Notes under the pieces: generated by a model
What the model was told of the DNA's origin: nothing
Databases searched by the model: none
The model's input: the letters and a program-made list of their open reading frames with translations, nothing else
Made by a program: the position numbers and the translations under genes
Origin: Somniosus microcephalus
Lineage: Eukaryota
Direction: 5' to 3'
NCBI GenBank assembly: GCA_052327205.1
Contig: CM126204.1
Location: forward strand, 327,918,001 to 327,982,000
Length of the DNA: 64,000 nucleotides
Shown: positions 37,565 through 49,885 of the stretch, piece after piece
How the letters are laid out: each line of letters opens with the position of its first letter
How positions within the stretch are numbered: the first letter of the stretch is position 1

Positions 37565-37704
37565 CATGTTCAGGGTCGGGGGGGGGAGGTGTGGTTATCT
37601 AATTTGACAGACTGGAGTCTGTTTGTTAGGAAGTCCAGGGTCCAGTTGCAGAGGGAAGTGTTCAGGCCAAGAGTGTGGAGTTTGGTGGCCAGCTTGTTGG
37701 GGAC
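37565..37704 (-). mobile_element. 5' remainder of the same Rex1/Babar LINE
   Basis: Translates as [33 protein letters not shown]...TLNMG and joins APQG on the far side of the LTR element. Confidence 0.88.
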
Positions 37705-38233
37705 GCAATGTCAGAATGTCTGTGCCTGGTGCAACTTCAGGGCACCAAATCCTTAACTTTAGAGGCTCTTCAGTTGAAGTGTTACTGTTATAAACCAGTA
37801 AAGGAAGATCCAGTGTTTTGTCCCACAGAAGGAAGAGGCCTTAGGAGCCACCTCCTCCCCACTAAAGGATGCCTTCTTAAATCTGAGTTATATTTCACAT
37901 GACAGCACAGAATGCCTTCACTCCACTTTCTTCTTAAAGGGGGAATGGTCCACAACCAAAGAGCTGACACCTCAATCACCCGAGGGGTGGGGGGGAGGGA
38001 AGAACGAGGAAAATCAATGAGGCACTTTTCTGGGGTGCGAATTAGGCAGTAGACCCCTCTACACCATTTTAAATTTCCAGTTAACTCTAATGGACAGCCC
38101 AAAAATGAACGGATTCCCAGAGGAACATCCAAGCCAATGCCCTTTGCTGAAGGATTAATTATCATAATCAGTGCAAGTTTGTTGAGTGATAATCTGGAGT
38201 TGATTACCATTAAAGTTATCAGTGGGTAATAAT

Positions 38234-39121
38234 GGGGGGAAAATTCGGTTGCTTTGCGCCTCCCGTTAGTGCCCTAAGAGGGCGCTAATGGGGTGCAAAG
38301 CAACTAGCGCACGGGCGCGGTGATATTTGCGCCGCTTACAAAATTGACCAGACATTTTGCAGTGGCGCTAAACACTACTTCCACGATCTCCTGCGCCAGC
38401 AGATTGTGACATCAGTTGAGTGTGCAACGCCCCGGTAGCGCCCCGGACTGGATATTGAGTGGCACCCCCTGCCTTTCCACCTGCCGCTAGCAACGACAGG
38501 TTGAGGGGAACGTTTTGCAGTCGGGAAGAGACTGGGGGAATGCTATTTAAAGGTAACCGCTTTCTGCCTTTTTTTGTCGGTGACATTTTTGCACCACGCA
38601 TTCTGAGAGAGAGAGACTTCTGGAAAAATTCAACGCTGTGTGAAGGTGTTTTGGGTACCGAGCAGCACTTTGCAGGTTCATTTTGATTTGACCTTCCTTG
38701 CATCAATTTAGAAGAGACTATGGGGGCTGCACTCTGAGCTCTTTCCCTGGGCCTCTCCATTGTTCTTTCCAGCAGATTTGATGTACAGGTCTCTCCAGGC
38801 CGAGATTCAAGGCTGCAATGAGCAGGATGTGGATGGAGAGCAAGATCGACCCTCCCCTTTAAGAACTGGCCGGCGCCAGTGTGTCTGTGTTCCATTGCTG
38901 ACTGACATCACATGAGCTTCGCCAGCGCTCTGAGGTAGCGCCTTGCTCCTCGGCGTTAGCGCCTTAAGAGAGGTGTCTAGCGCCTGATTTAGCGCTCCAA
39001 TCACCTCCAGGGGCGATAGAAGCCAAGTTTGCAGTCGGAGGCGATAATTAGCGCCAGGCGCTAAACCTTGCACCCGGCCGATAATTGCGCCCCAAACGGG
39101 GCGATACCGAATTTCTCCCCC
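38234..39121. mobile_element. Non-autonomous DNA transposon, Harbinger-like
   Basis: TIR GGGGGRRAAATTCGGT, 3-bp TSD AAT, repeated TAGCGCC subterminal motifs shared with 23920-24399. Confidence 0.8.
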
Positions 39122-42100
39122 AATGCCTTTTGCCAGGTTATATCAGAGTACTGCATACAGTAGCAGCACTGCCCTTTGTTGGGTTATAACTTTCTTGTGT
39201 ACATTATACACTTTTCTCTTTTACTGAGTTACAGAACTACTGAATATATCACAAGAATTATACTACGGCCACACTGCTCAGTTAATGTATTTTCAAGCAA
39301 TGAAAGAGCTTTTATTTTAAAGCTATGCATCTATTTTAATTGGTGATAAAAACAAGCGTGTCTCTGTCATCTAGCAGTATCGAGAGAAAGACAAAAAATG
39401 ACATGCCCTGCTCTCGGGCTTTTCTTCCAATCATATGGCGTACATGGTTAAGGCCACCTTCAAAGTGTTGTGGGTAGGATTAGCTGGATTAGGGCTCCAC
39501 TGAAAAGACCCATGCTGCTTTGGAGGAAGTCTCACTGTGGACTAGTTGAAAGAGACTTTTTTTTATACCTGTCCAAGCCACTCCTGCCTTCTATTAGAAG
39601 GGGAGGGGGGGGGGGGAAGAGAGAGAAATAAGCCCAAGGGGCTCCTAAGTGCTCTCCAGCCAAGTGCTGTCACAACATGTATTGGCCAGAATGTTTTTTT
39701 TTGTTTTACATCATTGTTCAATCCGGACCTTTCCCAGAACCACCTTCTACATTTTTAAGGGGACTAGCGTTGGGGGCGGGGGTAAGAAGCGAGAAAGAGA
39801 GAGAGAGAGAGAGAGGCCTTTAGGAGAAGCTTTGTTGAAAATAAATCTTTCCATTCCCTGAATCGAGTAGCAGATGTGTGCTCCACCTCAGGCCCAATAG
39901 GCTGGGCTCATCGAGCCTCCACTGAATGAATGCAAGGCTTTGTCACTCCCATGAATGTCCGTCAGAGATGTTCTGTAACAAACAGGGGGAAAAAAAGAAT
40001 TCTCTACAACAAAAGCAGGAGACCAAAGCCTCCACATAAAAAAAAAATAAACCAGGGAAAGTGGGTGGAGGAGAAGAGAAGGAGAAGGTCGGGGCGGGGG
40101 GTGGGGGGGGGGAGGAATTATATAGAAGACAGTCAAGATCCTTGTAAAATTAGGAAGGGAAGGAAAGGAAGAAGTTGAGTGATTAAGGGTGCAAGGAAAG
40201 TGCTGCTGTCTAGTTTGTTTTACAAGCCTAAGCACTCAATCCCATCTGGCTTTAGTCGCTCCATACTTAGATTCAGAAACCAAAGACCCTGACTGGGTTG
40301 GGGACAGTGTGACCCAAAGAGGTACAGCTGGGAACTATTGAGCCCTGAGACTCCTGTCAGCCTTGACATAAATTTCCACTGGTGCTGGCATTTACGCAGT
40401 TGGCATTTCCATATGTATAGACTTGCCTGTACTAATTATGCTAATCATCTCCTCTGTTGGCTCCTGTGAAAAATGGCCACATTAAGCACTCCACTGCCTG
40501 CTAATGCGGCTTAATGTGTGGCTGAGATATACATTCATCCTGCTCTGAAAGGCAAAATTTTTCCACATTGCTGGCTTCATTCACGGAAAAAAATGAATTT
40601 GTTGAACTCAGATCAGTCCTCTGCACCAAGGCAAGTGAAATGCTGGCTAAAATAAAAAGTTACTGTTGATTTTTCTTTCTCTCAATCCTTTAAAAAAAAA
40701 TACCCAAGATACACCCACTAACTAACAAAATAATACATGCATTAAAAAAGGAAATTACTTTATGCCAGACAGTCTTCCCGATCTTCTGGCAGTCAGAGCT
40801 GTGCAAGGGGAAGGGAAGCTCCTCAGCTCTGTCAGCCCCCCCCCCCTCCCCCATGCTTTACCCCCCCCCACCCAACCATCCCTGTTTCAAGCAAGATCAC
40901 ACATTTCACATTAGCAGGCTAGGCCCTGTTTAAATTGTGTCCTTCGCTCTACACCCTCCCCCACCAAGTGAAAGTTGTTGGGATTCTATGTTAAAAAAGG
41001 ATGTCATGGACAGTTTAACGATTAATATACAGGGGTGAAGGATTAAAAAAAGTGCCTGTCTTTAAAAAAATAACTCATGTTAAAAATAAACAGCCTTTGG
41101 GACAATCCGGCAGCTACAATAGGTATCAGGCAGCAGTCAGCAGCTCAAAAGTCTCTCTCACTCAAAAAATCTGGGGAGAGATGTGGGAAGTGATCATCCT
41201 GCTTCTGGATGGACAGGGTCAATGCTGTTAAGGATTGGCGGGGGGTGGAGGCGGGGGGGGGGGGGGTGAAGAGAATGATACGTCAAACAATCTAAGCAAT
41301 AACAGAGTTGTCGACCCACCCACACACACACAGGCAGACAACAGTCTCAGTTAGAACAGCTGACCCTAGGCAGACCAGCATGCAGTATCTTCCCAATGTA
41401 TACAGTGCTATCCAGATTTCATCAGTAGACAGGAATCCTCCTATACGTGCAAGCAGTCACAAATACTGACACCATCTCGTGCACTGGGTCATGGTAACCC
41501 AATAATTTCAGAACACTCTACCCCTCCGTCTCAGAACTAATTCATCCGTGGTCTCTTAATCAACACACACACACACACACAAACATATCTTCCACTAGAC
41601 AATTCTAGCTCAAGCAGGTCTTTGCTGGACTAGCCTATACTACTAACCTGATCTTTATATATGTCGCTATAGTACTCACAGCCAAAACCTCCACTCATAC
41701 CTTTTTAATATCTGGTGTGAGATCCCAAACCTGGCAGTTGTACTATACATACTGCGATGTTCCTCACTGGCATGTCAGAGGACAACAAACAGATGGTAAT
41801 AAATGTTAAATGTAGCATAGCAGCGTCATTAAAATAACACCAATGCAAAATATATTTTTAAAGCTGAAAAATGCTGCCACACCCCCTTAAAAAAAAGCAC
41901 TGCTTCCCACTAAAGAATGCAATTAAACAGGTAAAAATACTAAACTTCTATCTTTAATCTGGCTTAATTTCTGCCCTGATTATTAATGGCATTTAAAAAA
42001 ATATATGTAAGTATATAAGTACATTGCAACTCTGATAAAGATCATATAGTACAAAATGTCTCAAAATCCCCATTTTCAACTTGATTGCCAAATTGATACC

Positions 42101-44596
42101 TGTCGTCGCTCTGATGACGTCAGGGCCTAAATTTTGGTTTATCAACAGCACTACATCAATTAGTAATACACTTGTATTTTATTGCCTTCCAACTGGAATC
42201 TCTTGCTGCTTTCTCATAAGCAGAAATGAACCATATCAGCACTGCCACCAATCCCTTTGCTAGCACACAAAGGACTCGCTCCCTCTAAACCCCTCACTGC
42301 ACCCCTATCTGGAGCCCCAAGGCTGTTGCCTCTTTTGTTTATACTTACTGCTGCTAAGGTATGCAGTCCTGCAGCAACAGTTTATTTGTGTAGCTAGTGC
42401 CCCACAGTTCATGGGCCATGGCTACAGCCTGTGTTAATAATACCAGCATGAACTGGGCCTCCTGGTTGAGTTGTTAGAGAGACCAGAGTCTTTCTATAAC
42501 TTTACCTCAAAATTAGAATAAACTCTATTAAGGTGGCACAACACATTGGGTGCTCCAATACACTATGGCTGGGAAATTCCACAGGGGCTCTCTGCTAGTG
42601 TCCCGCTGTAACTTTGGCAGTAAATCGGCAAAACTGCGAAGGAAATGAGGGAGAAAACGGTTACGTCAGGTCTTCACCGTTTCTGTGAGTTTCTGGGTTG
42701 CCTTGTAAGAGGCGGAACCTCTGTGAACCCCTTAGAAAGGAAATAACAGGCTGAGGACATGCCGTGGCAGGGACCCCATAAGCTGGGAATTCCAACTCCT
42801 AGCCCTGGATGTGGATCAATATGCTGAGTAAGATGAGGTGTGTCGGCTTCACTGAGGGCACATGTGGGCCCCACAGTTGGGGTCCATAGGCCTGGCAATC
42901 ACCCTGGGGGAACCCCAAAGAGGAAACCTTTTTTAAAAATTTCCTGATTGACCCCCTTGCTTGAGGGTCAACGGGAGTAGTGCTGGAGTTGGGAGGGTTG
43001 GCATGTGTCTGGACAAAGAAACCCTCCCCATCTGCCCCCCACCACTCCCCCCCCACCCCGCCCTCCGAGGGCAGACAGCCAACCAAATTTCTGCTGGCAT
43101 GGAGCAGGCAGGAGCCAAAGAAGTAAGTACCCAAGTGGCATTTCTGCCTCCCACTCCCCAGTCCCATGCAAATGAGGCACCCTCCCACTAACCCTGCAAA
43201 CTCTAGCAGGGGTCAGTGTTGGAGGGCACAATCCTGGCGCCACCTGTGGAATTTTGGTGCCAATGGTGTGGAGTGGTAGGAGATGAAGTCACAGCCCTGA
43301 TTTTACATCCCAGGAAAGGTCACAAAACAGTGTCTTACCCCATAAAGTATAGAGGCGGAAAATAAAAATGGGAACTATCTCCATGCTGCTCTCGTACACC
43401 CTCGTCTTTGCTTCAGTTGGAGGTTCAAACTCTAGTTCAAGGCTTGAGCACATAATCTAGGCTGACACCTCAGTGCAGTACCGAGGAAATACTACTTTGT
43501 TGAGGCTGCTGTCTATCAGCAAATTGCGGCATTATCCACCTGCTGAGGTGGCCATAAAAGATCCTATACCAGTCCTCGAAGAAGAGCAGGGAATTCTATT
43601 GGTGGCCTGGCCAACATTCAGCCAATACCACCAAAACAGATTAACTGGTAATATACAACGTTCCCACTAAGCTGTGGCCGCCTAGCTGTCTGCTGGTCCC
43701 GTGCAGCCCGGGACCGGCTTTCCCAACGTACGATTTCACACATGCGTGAAATTTTGAATGGGCCGCGCAGCCCGTTAAAGGGATCGCGCACCCAAATTTA
43801 AAATTAGGGGGAGCATCGGTCATAAACCTTACTTGTTGTTTCTGGGATCATGCTGTGCATAAATTAGCTGCCGCAATTGCCTAACAACAACTGGATACAT
43901 TTCAAAAGCAATGCATTGACTGTGAAGCACTTTGTTACTTCCTGAGTACATGAAAGGTGCTAAATCAGTGCAAGTTCTTTCTTACCTTGTCTAGCTCAGT
44001 CTCCTGTCCGCCTTCTGAAATGTGAGGTGAGCATAATGCAGAGAAATGTAGCTAAGAGCAAATGGTGAAACGCAGACAACAACTTTTAGGAGCCGGGGTG
44101 AATGCACTAGTTACAACTTTCTGCCATGATTTTGATTTGCGGATCTGTGGTAAATAAAATCCTCTGCCACTGCTGTTTCCCTTTCACTCTTGAGAATGAT
44201 TTTTAAAAAGAACAGAGCCCAGGAATAAACTGAACATGTCTCTGTCACCTGCAGTACATAATTTTATTTGTGACCATCACTATAATAATCAATTTGGTGC
44301 TCGCTGGGTACAAATTTAGGTTCACTTACCGCATAGAAATAAAAATAAATTGTATCCCAAATCTGGTAGCAGTCTATATTGCTTGTGTGTACTGGCAACT
44401 AAAGAGACATTTCCTGTATTTCCGCCACAGTTAAAATACAAAGACTAAGTGGTATCACCTGCCATCTTGCAATGGTTTTCATGCTGTTTGAAAAACCTAA
44501 TGAAAATTGCATCAAACTACATTAAGTATCATGAAAAACAAAGCTCAATGCTTCCCTGTGGAATATAATTTTCAGTTCTACACATGAAGCAAATTG

Positions 44597-44985
44597 TCAT
44601 AGGAGCAGGAGCAGGCCATTCAGCCCTTCGAGCCTGCTCCGCCAATCAATCAGAGCATGGCTGATCTGTACCACAAATCTATTTACCCACCTTTGCTCCA
44701 CATCCCTTGATACCCTTACCTAACAAAAATCGATCAATCTCAGTCTTGAAAACACCAATTAACTCAGCTTTTTGGGGGAGAGAATTCCAAATTTCTACTA
44801 CCCTTTGTATGAAAAAGTGCTTCCTGATTTCACTGCTGAATCTCCTAGCTCTAAGTTCCTTGTTCTTGATTCCCCCCACCAGAGGAAATCATTTCTCTGG
44901 GTCTACCCTATCAAATCCTGTTAACATTTTAAACACCTCAATCAGATCACCCCTCAATCTTCGATACTTAAGGGAATACAAGCCA
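44597..44985 (-). mobile_element. CR1 LINE 3' fragment
   Basis: RKHFFIQRVVEIWNSLPQKA...FKTEIDRFL and a CR1 3' hairpin. Confidence 0.85.
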
Positions 44986-47900
44986 ATTGCTCTTTATATT
45001 AAAGTCAGCCTAGATTAGTAATTCATGCCTTAGCCTCACTCGTGAAAATAGAAACATTTCCTTTAAGTGTACTGACTGAGTATCTTATATTACAGTTTTA
45101 ATCAATCAATTCAAAGGTAAATGAGGCAAATAGGCCTCCATCTTTACTCCAACCTGTATGAAATTATATTTTAAAAAGGCAGGTACGGAACTTCTAAGTT
45201 ATCAATTGCAAATAATTTCTAGATAGTACTTGTTTTCTGTGTTGAAGGAGATTTTATGGAGGCATGAGTCTAAAAACTAGTGCTGCATTTTATTAGTAGA
45301 CAACCACTCACTGGGTTTGTATGTGGTGTATGGTATGTTACAATGTTTAGTGTTATATACAGTGTACAGTATATGTTCCACAATGATGTTGTGTGATGAA
45401 TCTAAGTCTCGCTCTTTCCATTAGCCATTCACTTTTTGACAAAATTAGTGCAACAGTTTAAAGGGGTGCAACATAATTTGGGCAAAAATTAAATTGAAAG
45501 GGGTCATTTTTAATTTTTTTGAAGAAAGGCTTTTTATTCAGGACACATTTACTGTGAGATTTTAAAAAATATACACACTTTAGATGGGTTTGAGATTTAT
45601 TTCAACAATGTACAATACCAAAATGGTGCAGTACAGTTAATGCCATTTTACTGCAAGTTTTTAATATGTTTACACAACTTTTACATTAGTTAAAAGTGGT
45701 TTGTTTTGTTCCCTCCATCACAGTTTTTGTCAGAAAGCTAAAATATTCAGTTTGTTTGCATGAAATCTTTACAGATGCTGATCTGACCATCTATATCCAG
45801 CCACGCTCATTTTGTTTGGTTATAGTCAAAATAGAGACAACAAAACTAAATTAAATAATCTTATGTAGATAACACATTGTCTTACCAAAAAACTTTTAAA
45901 TGATTAAATTCCCCCTCCCCCCCTCCCAAGAAACGCGGAATCTTTCTGATTTAAAATTTCCCAAGCAATAGATGATTTCAGCTTCAGGCACTGGACTGGC
46001 ATCAGCCTTCATCCTGCATCGAAAAATCTCTGCTTTTTTAAGCTCCTTTAAGTTGCAAATCTAATACTAAACACGTACCCCCTCGAACTGGGCTTCAGTG
46101 CAGCCAGCTCCTCTTCCAGCCTTCCCTTTTCTTCTCTCTAACAATGGTCCCTTGGCTCTATTATTCCCTCCATCCAAACCTTTCAATGCTTGAGCTCAGA
46201 TGGCCAGCATTTTCTTTTCTCACTCAGTAGTTTTTCCAACAACTCATTTACATATCCTCTTCTTTTTTGCCAAAAAGCCACAAATTCAAATTAAAGTTGC
46301 ACATTCCCTGTTTTCCCTAAGCCTTCCGCAGATCTATATTGAAATGCAGAACACTACAGTAGTATGCTGTCAATGCTTGACCATCTGTAAGTAGTTCTTT
46401 ATTCCTCTTGAGTGATTATTAATAATCAGTAAATATATAAAACTGTCCTAATAAGGAATTAGGATACATATGCTTTGTTCTATATGTGTTTTCATATACA
46501 CACACACACATTGAATAAAGCAGATACCTGTCAACACTGACACCTGCTGCTGACACAAAACTGACCTAATACGGAATAATGTCACCACGAAAGATCACTG
46601 CAGTATGTTTTATGAAAAAATAACAGACGCATGAGTGAGATTTCAAGAGGCGATGAAATTATTGCTTTGTGGCCATTCCCAGCTTTATTTTTAATAATTG
46701 AAGAACAGATCTTCTAACCTTTGCATCCCTGGCTCCCTTCCGCTGGACCAACAGATGTGATGCAATCTTGCCTCCGACCAACTCACACACAGCCTGGAAA
46801 ATGGGCGTCAGGCTAAAGTGGCTGGCTGTAAGTGATTCTCGCTATGCAAATGCTGATCCCGACACAAAAATGCCCTTAAAATCATTTTTAAAAGTTACGT
46901 GCTTTTATTTCCCCTACTTTCTCCGCATTGCTCTACGGCCAATTCTAGCACCACAGCTAAAATGGGGTGTTGGCTGAGAGAACCTTCATGATGGGCTTCT
47001 CACTTCTAAATGGGGACCAGAGGTCTGATTCTACGCAGATCCCTGTTCATCTGTAAGGAATCTCCAACAGCCAGAGCATGACAGGAGACGACATGGATGA
47101 GGTAGCTCCCTCTAAAGGTGATGCCAGATCTGCCTAATCCAGCTGGCTTCCTCAGAGGACTGAACAAGGGGCATGGAGAAGATTAGCCAACTGGTTGGGG
47201 AAGGGGAGAGCAAAGTACTGGTAGAAGTTGCAGGACAACTTGATGGCCCAGCACAAAGAAACTTGGCACCACAGCCTTGTCCAGAGGCCCCACTGAGGAG
47301 CAGTGAACTGCCACCATACTTATCTGGGTATCTGCAAATGGAGTTACACTGCAAAATGCAGTTGAAAATATGAGCAGCAAGTAGTACACCAAAGATAATA
47401 CAGATATAGCTATGTGAAAAACAATAAAAAAAACTTTAAACACAATGCTAAACAGTTAATTACATCTTTAGAATCAAACTCCAAAAGACTGGAACAGGAA
47501 ATCCCAGCAGCCTCCATTTCATAAGGGTGAGCAGAGTGAACAGATGAAAAAGAAAGATTACTGATTTTGGCACAGGACCAGTTTACATAGGTTTGCCTAA
47601 AATTATGGGGTTAATGAGGCATTTACACATTCTGTACAATGTCTCTAGAAAATTTGCTAAATTTACAGCTGACCGTCTTTGGCGTTCCACGAATAGGGCA
47701 TTTGGGCCTACTTGCCTGGTATAGCGAGGTGCACTCTTGGAATGTAAGTCCACCATTGCGGAATTGGCCCTTATATTGTATTAATGTGGTTCACCTGATA
47801 AGAACATGCATAACTGGAATGTGAGTTTCGGCCAAATTCAGCAGTAATCATCACTAAATCTCACTCACAAAGGTCACACGGATGCCGAGTGTGAGAAATG

Positions 47901-48301
47901 AAATGCCACTCTGAGTCTCTTCTGAGATTGGGGTTAAGGTGATTGTTGGAGCCATGTAGCTTTACTCTGCATCTTCGTGCTACACCTGCCGTCAATGCAT
48001 GGGGTGGGGGGAAGATAAACATATTCAGCTTCTCAGCATTGACATCCCTCACCTTGCCAAACACAAATAGTTCACCAAAATGATTAAGAAAATGTAAAAT
48101 ATGTTTGTGCGATAGGTGGCCATACTACGTGAAACTTTAATCAACTGGTTAGGAGTTGAGCTACATCAACTCTTGACCTGTTATGGTTTAAATTAGGCAG
48201 TCATAATCTTGAGCTAGGTTTATACAAGTAGCCTTTTCAAGCACTCTTAGTTGGTAGCCCCATTCAATGCGCAAGGAGTCCTTTTTCATAAAGCTTCACT
48301 C

Positions 48302-48570
48302 GAGACGTTAAACCGAGGCCCCGTCTGCTCTCTCAGGTGGGTGTAAAAGATCCCATGGCACTATTTAGAAGAGCAGGAGAGTTATCCCCGGTGTCCTGGC
48401 CAATATTTATCATTGCTGTTTGTGGGAGCTTGCTGTGCGCAAATTGGCTGCCGCGTTTCCCACATTACAACAGTGACTACACTTCAAAAGTACTTCATTG
48501 GCTGTAAAGCGCTTTGAGACGTCCGGTGGTCGTGAAAGGCGCTATATAAATGCAAGTCTTTCTTTCTTTT
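48302..48570 (+). mobile_element. Deu-domain SINE (SacSINE1/AmnSINE-like), 5'-truncated
   Basis: GAGACGTTAAACCGAGG...AAAGATCCCATGGCAC...CCCCGGTGTCCTGGCCAA core and GCGCTATATAAATGCAAGTCTTTC tail. Related pieces occur at about 43410-43983, 29301-29410 and 18500-18535. Confidence 0.75.
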
Positions 48571-49469
48571 AAGAAGGAATCTCATCATTGGCACGGGTCA
48601 GGAATGAAAAGCCAGATTAAGATAACCCATCACTGCCACAGAACCATTGCCCGCCCGGGCTGCTGCCTCAGATCTTAGCTGCAGCTTCTCGGCTTCCCTG
48701 TACCCTCTGGGTCTGGCTGCTGGGCTTCCCACTCCATCAGCCTGCTCCTTCGGGCATCAAACAGAAAAGAAAGAGCAGGCAAAAGAAGAAAAGGGACAGA
48801 AGGCAAAAAGAACAAAAGACAGGACCAAGAAAGATCCAGAAAATAAGACAAAGAGTGAGAGAAACACAAAAGAGGACAGAGAGACAAGTAGAAAAAAAAC
48901 CAGGCAGAAACAGAAAGAAAGGGAAAGAGAGAGGGAACCAGCAATATGAAGACAACACACACACATGTATGGTGCTGTTCAGGTTCACTTCGATGGTGAA
49001 GTATTTCATATGGAAAGGGGTGTTATGCTATGTAACACACAATGTATTACTGTGCTAAGGTGGCACTGTGTCTCTTTAAGGGCAGAAAGTCTAATTCTTA
49101 AACAAACACGGGCTGAGGTCAGTCAGCGTATAATTGTTTGGTTAAGGAATTTTGAAGCTTGGCAGGTGGTTGTCATTTTGAAGCTGTGATTCAGAAGAAT
49201 GTGGGATTAACACAGAGTGACGTGTGGAGTGTGACGTGTGTGTACACTAGATGCATCATTTGTATTATATTAAAATAATTATAGACATAGACATGTGCAG
49301 ACATGTATAATCAGTAATGCATATTTAACACAGAAATTTACATTTAGCAGTTCTTAATGATGCCTTAATATATTAATTAATTAAGAGATCCTCAGGCCTC
49401 TTGATTTTGGTGCACGCTGCCTCCGCAGTGCGAGTCTGGGCCCAAAAATGGGCCTAATTTCTATATATA

Positions 49470-49885
49470 TCATGTAGCAAAGAATGAGGGTATTGGGCCC
49501 ATCATGCCTGCTCTTTGGAAGACCTATCCAATTAGTCCCATTTCCCTGCCCTTTCCCCATAGGCCTGCAAATTTGTCCTTTTCAAATACAGTATTTATCC
49601 AATTCCCTTTTGAAAGTTACTATTGAATCTGCTCCCACCACTCTTTCAGGCAGCGCATTCCAGATCACAACAACTCGCTGTGTAAAAATGTTTCTCCTCA
49701 CCTCCCCTCTGGTTCTTTTGCCAATTACCTGTATCTTAAACCTGTGTTCTCTGGTTACCGACCCTCCTGCCAGTTTCTCCTTATTTACTCTATCAAAACC
49801 CCTCATCATTTTGAACACCTCTGTCGAATCTCTCCTTAAGCTTCTCTGCTGTAAGGAGAACAAACCCAGCTTCTCTAGTCTCTCT
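49470..49885 (-). mobile_element. CR1 LINE 3' fragment
   Basis: RRNIFTQRVVVIWNALPERVV...FKRELDKY. Confidence 0.85.

Noticed and set aside
48647-49058. Lys/Arg/Glu-rich and Phe/Leu-rich ORFs
   Set aside because: They come from a low-complexity purine tract in intron 2 with no splice or homology support.
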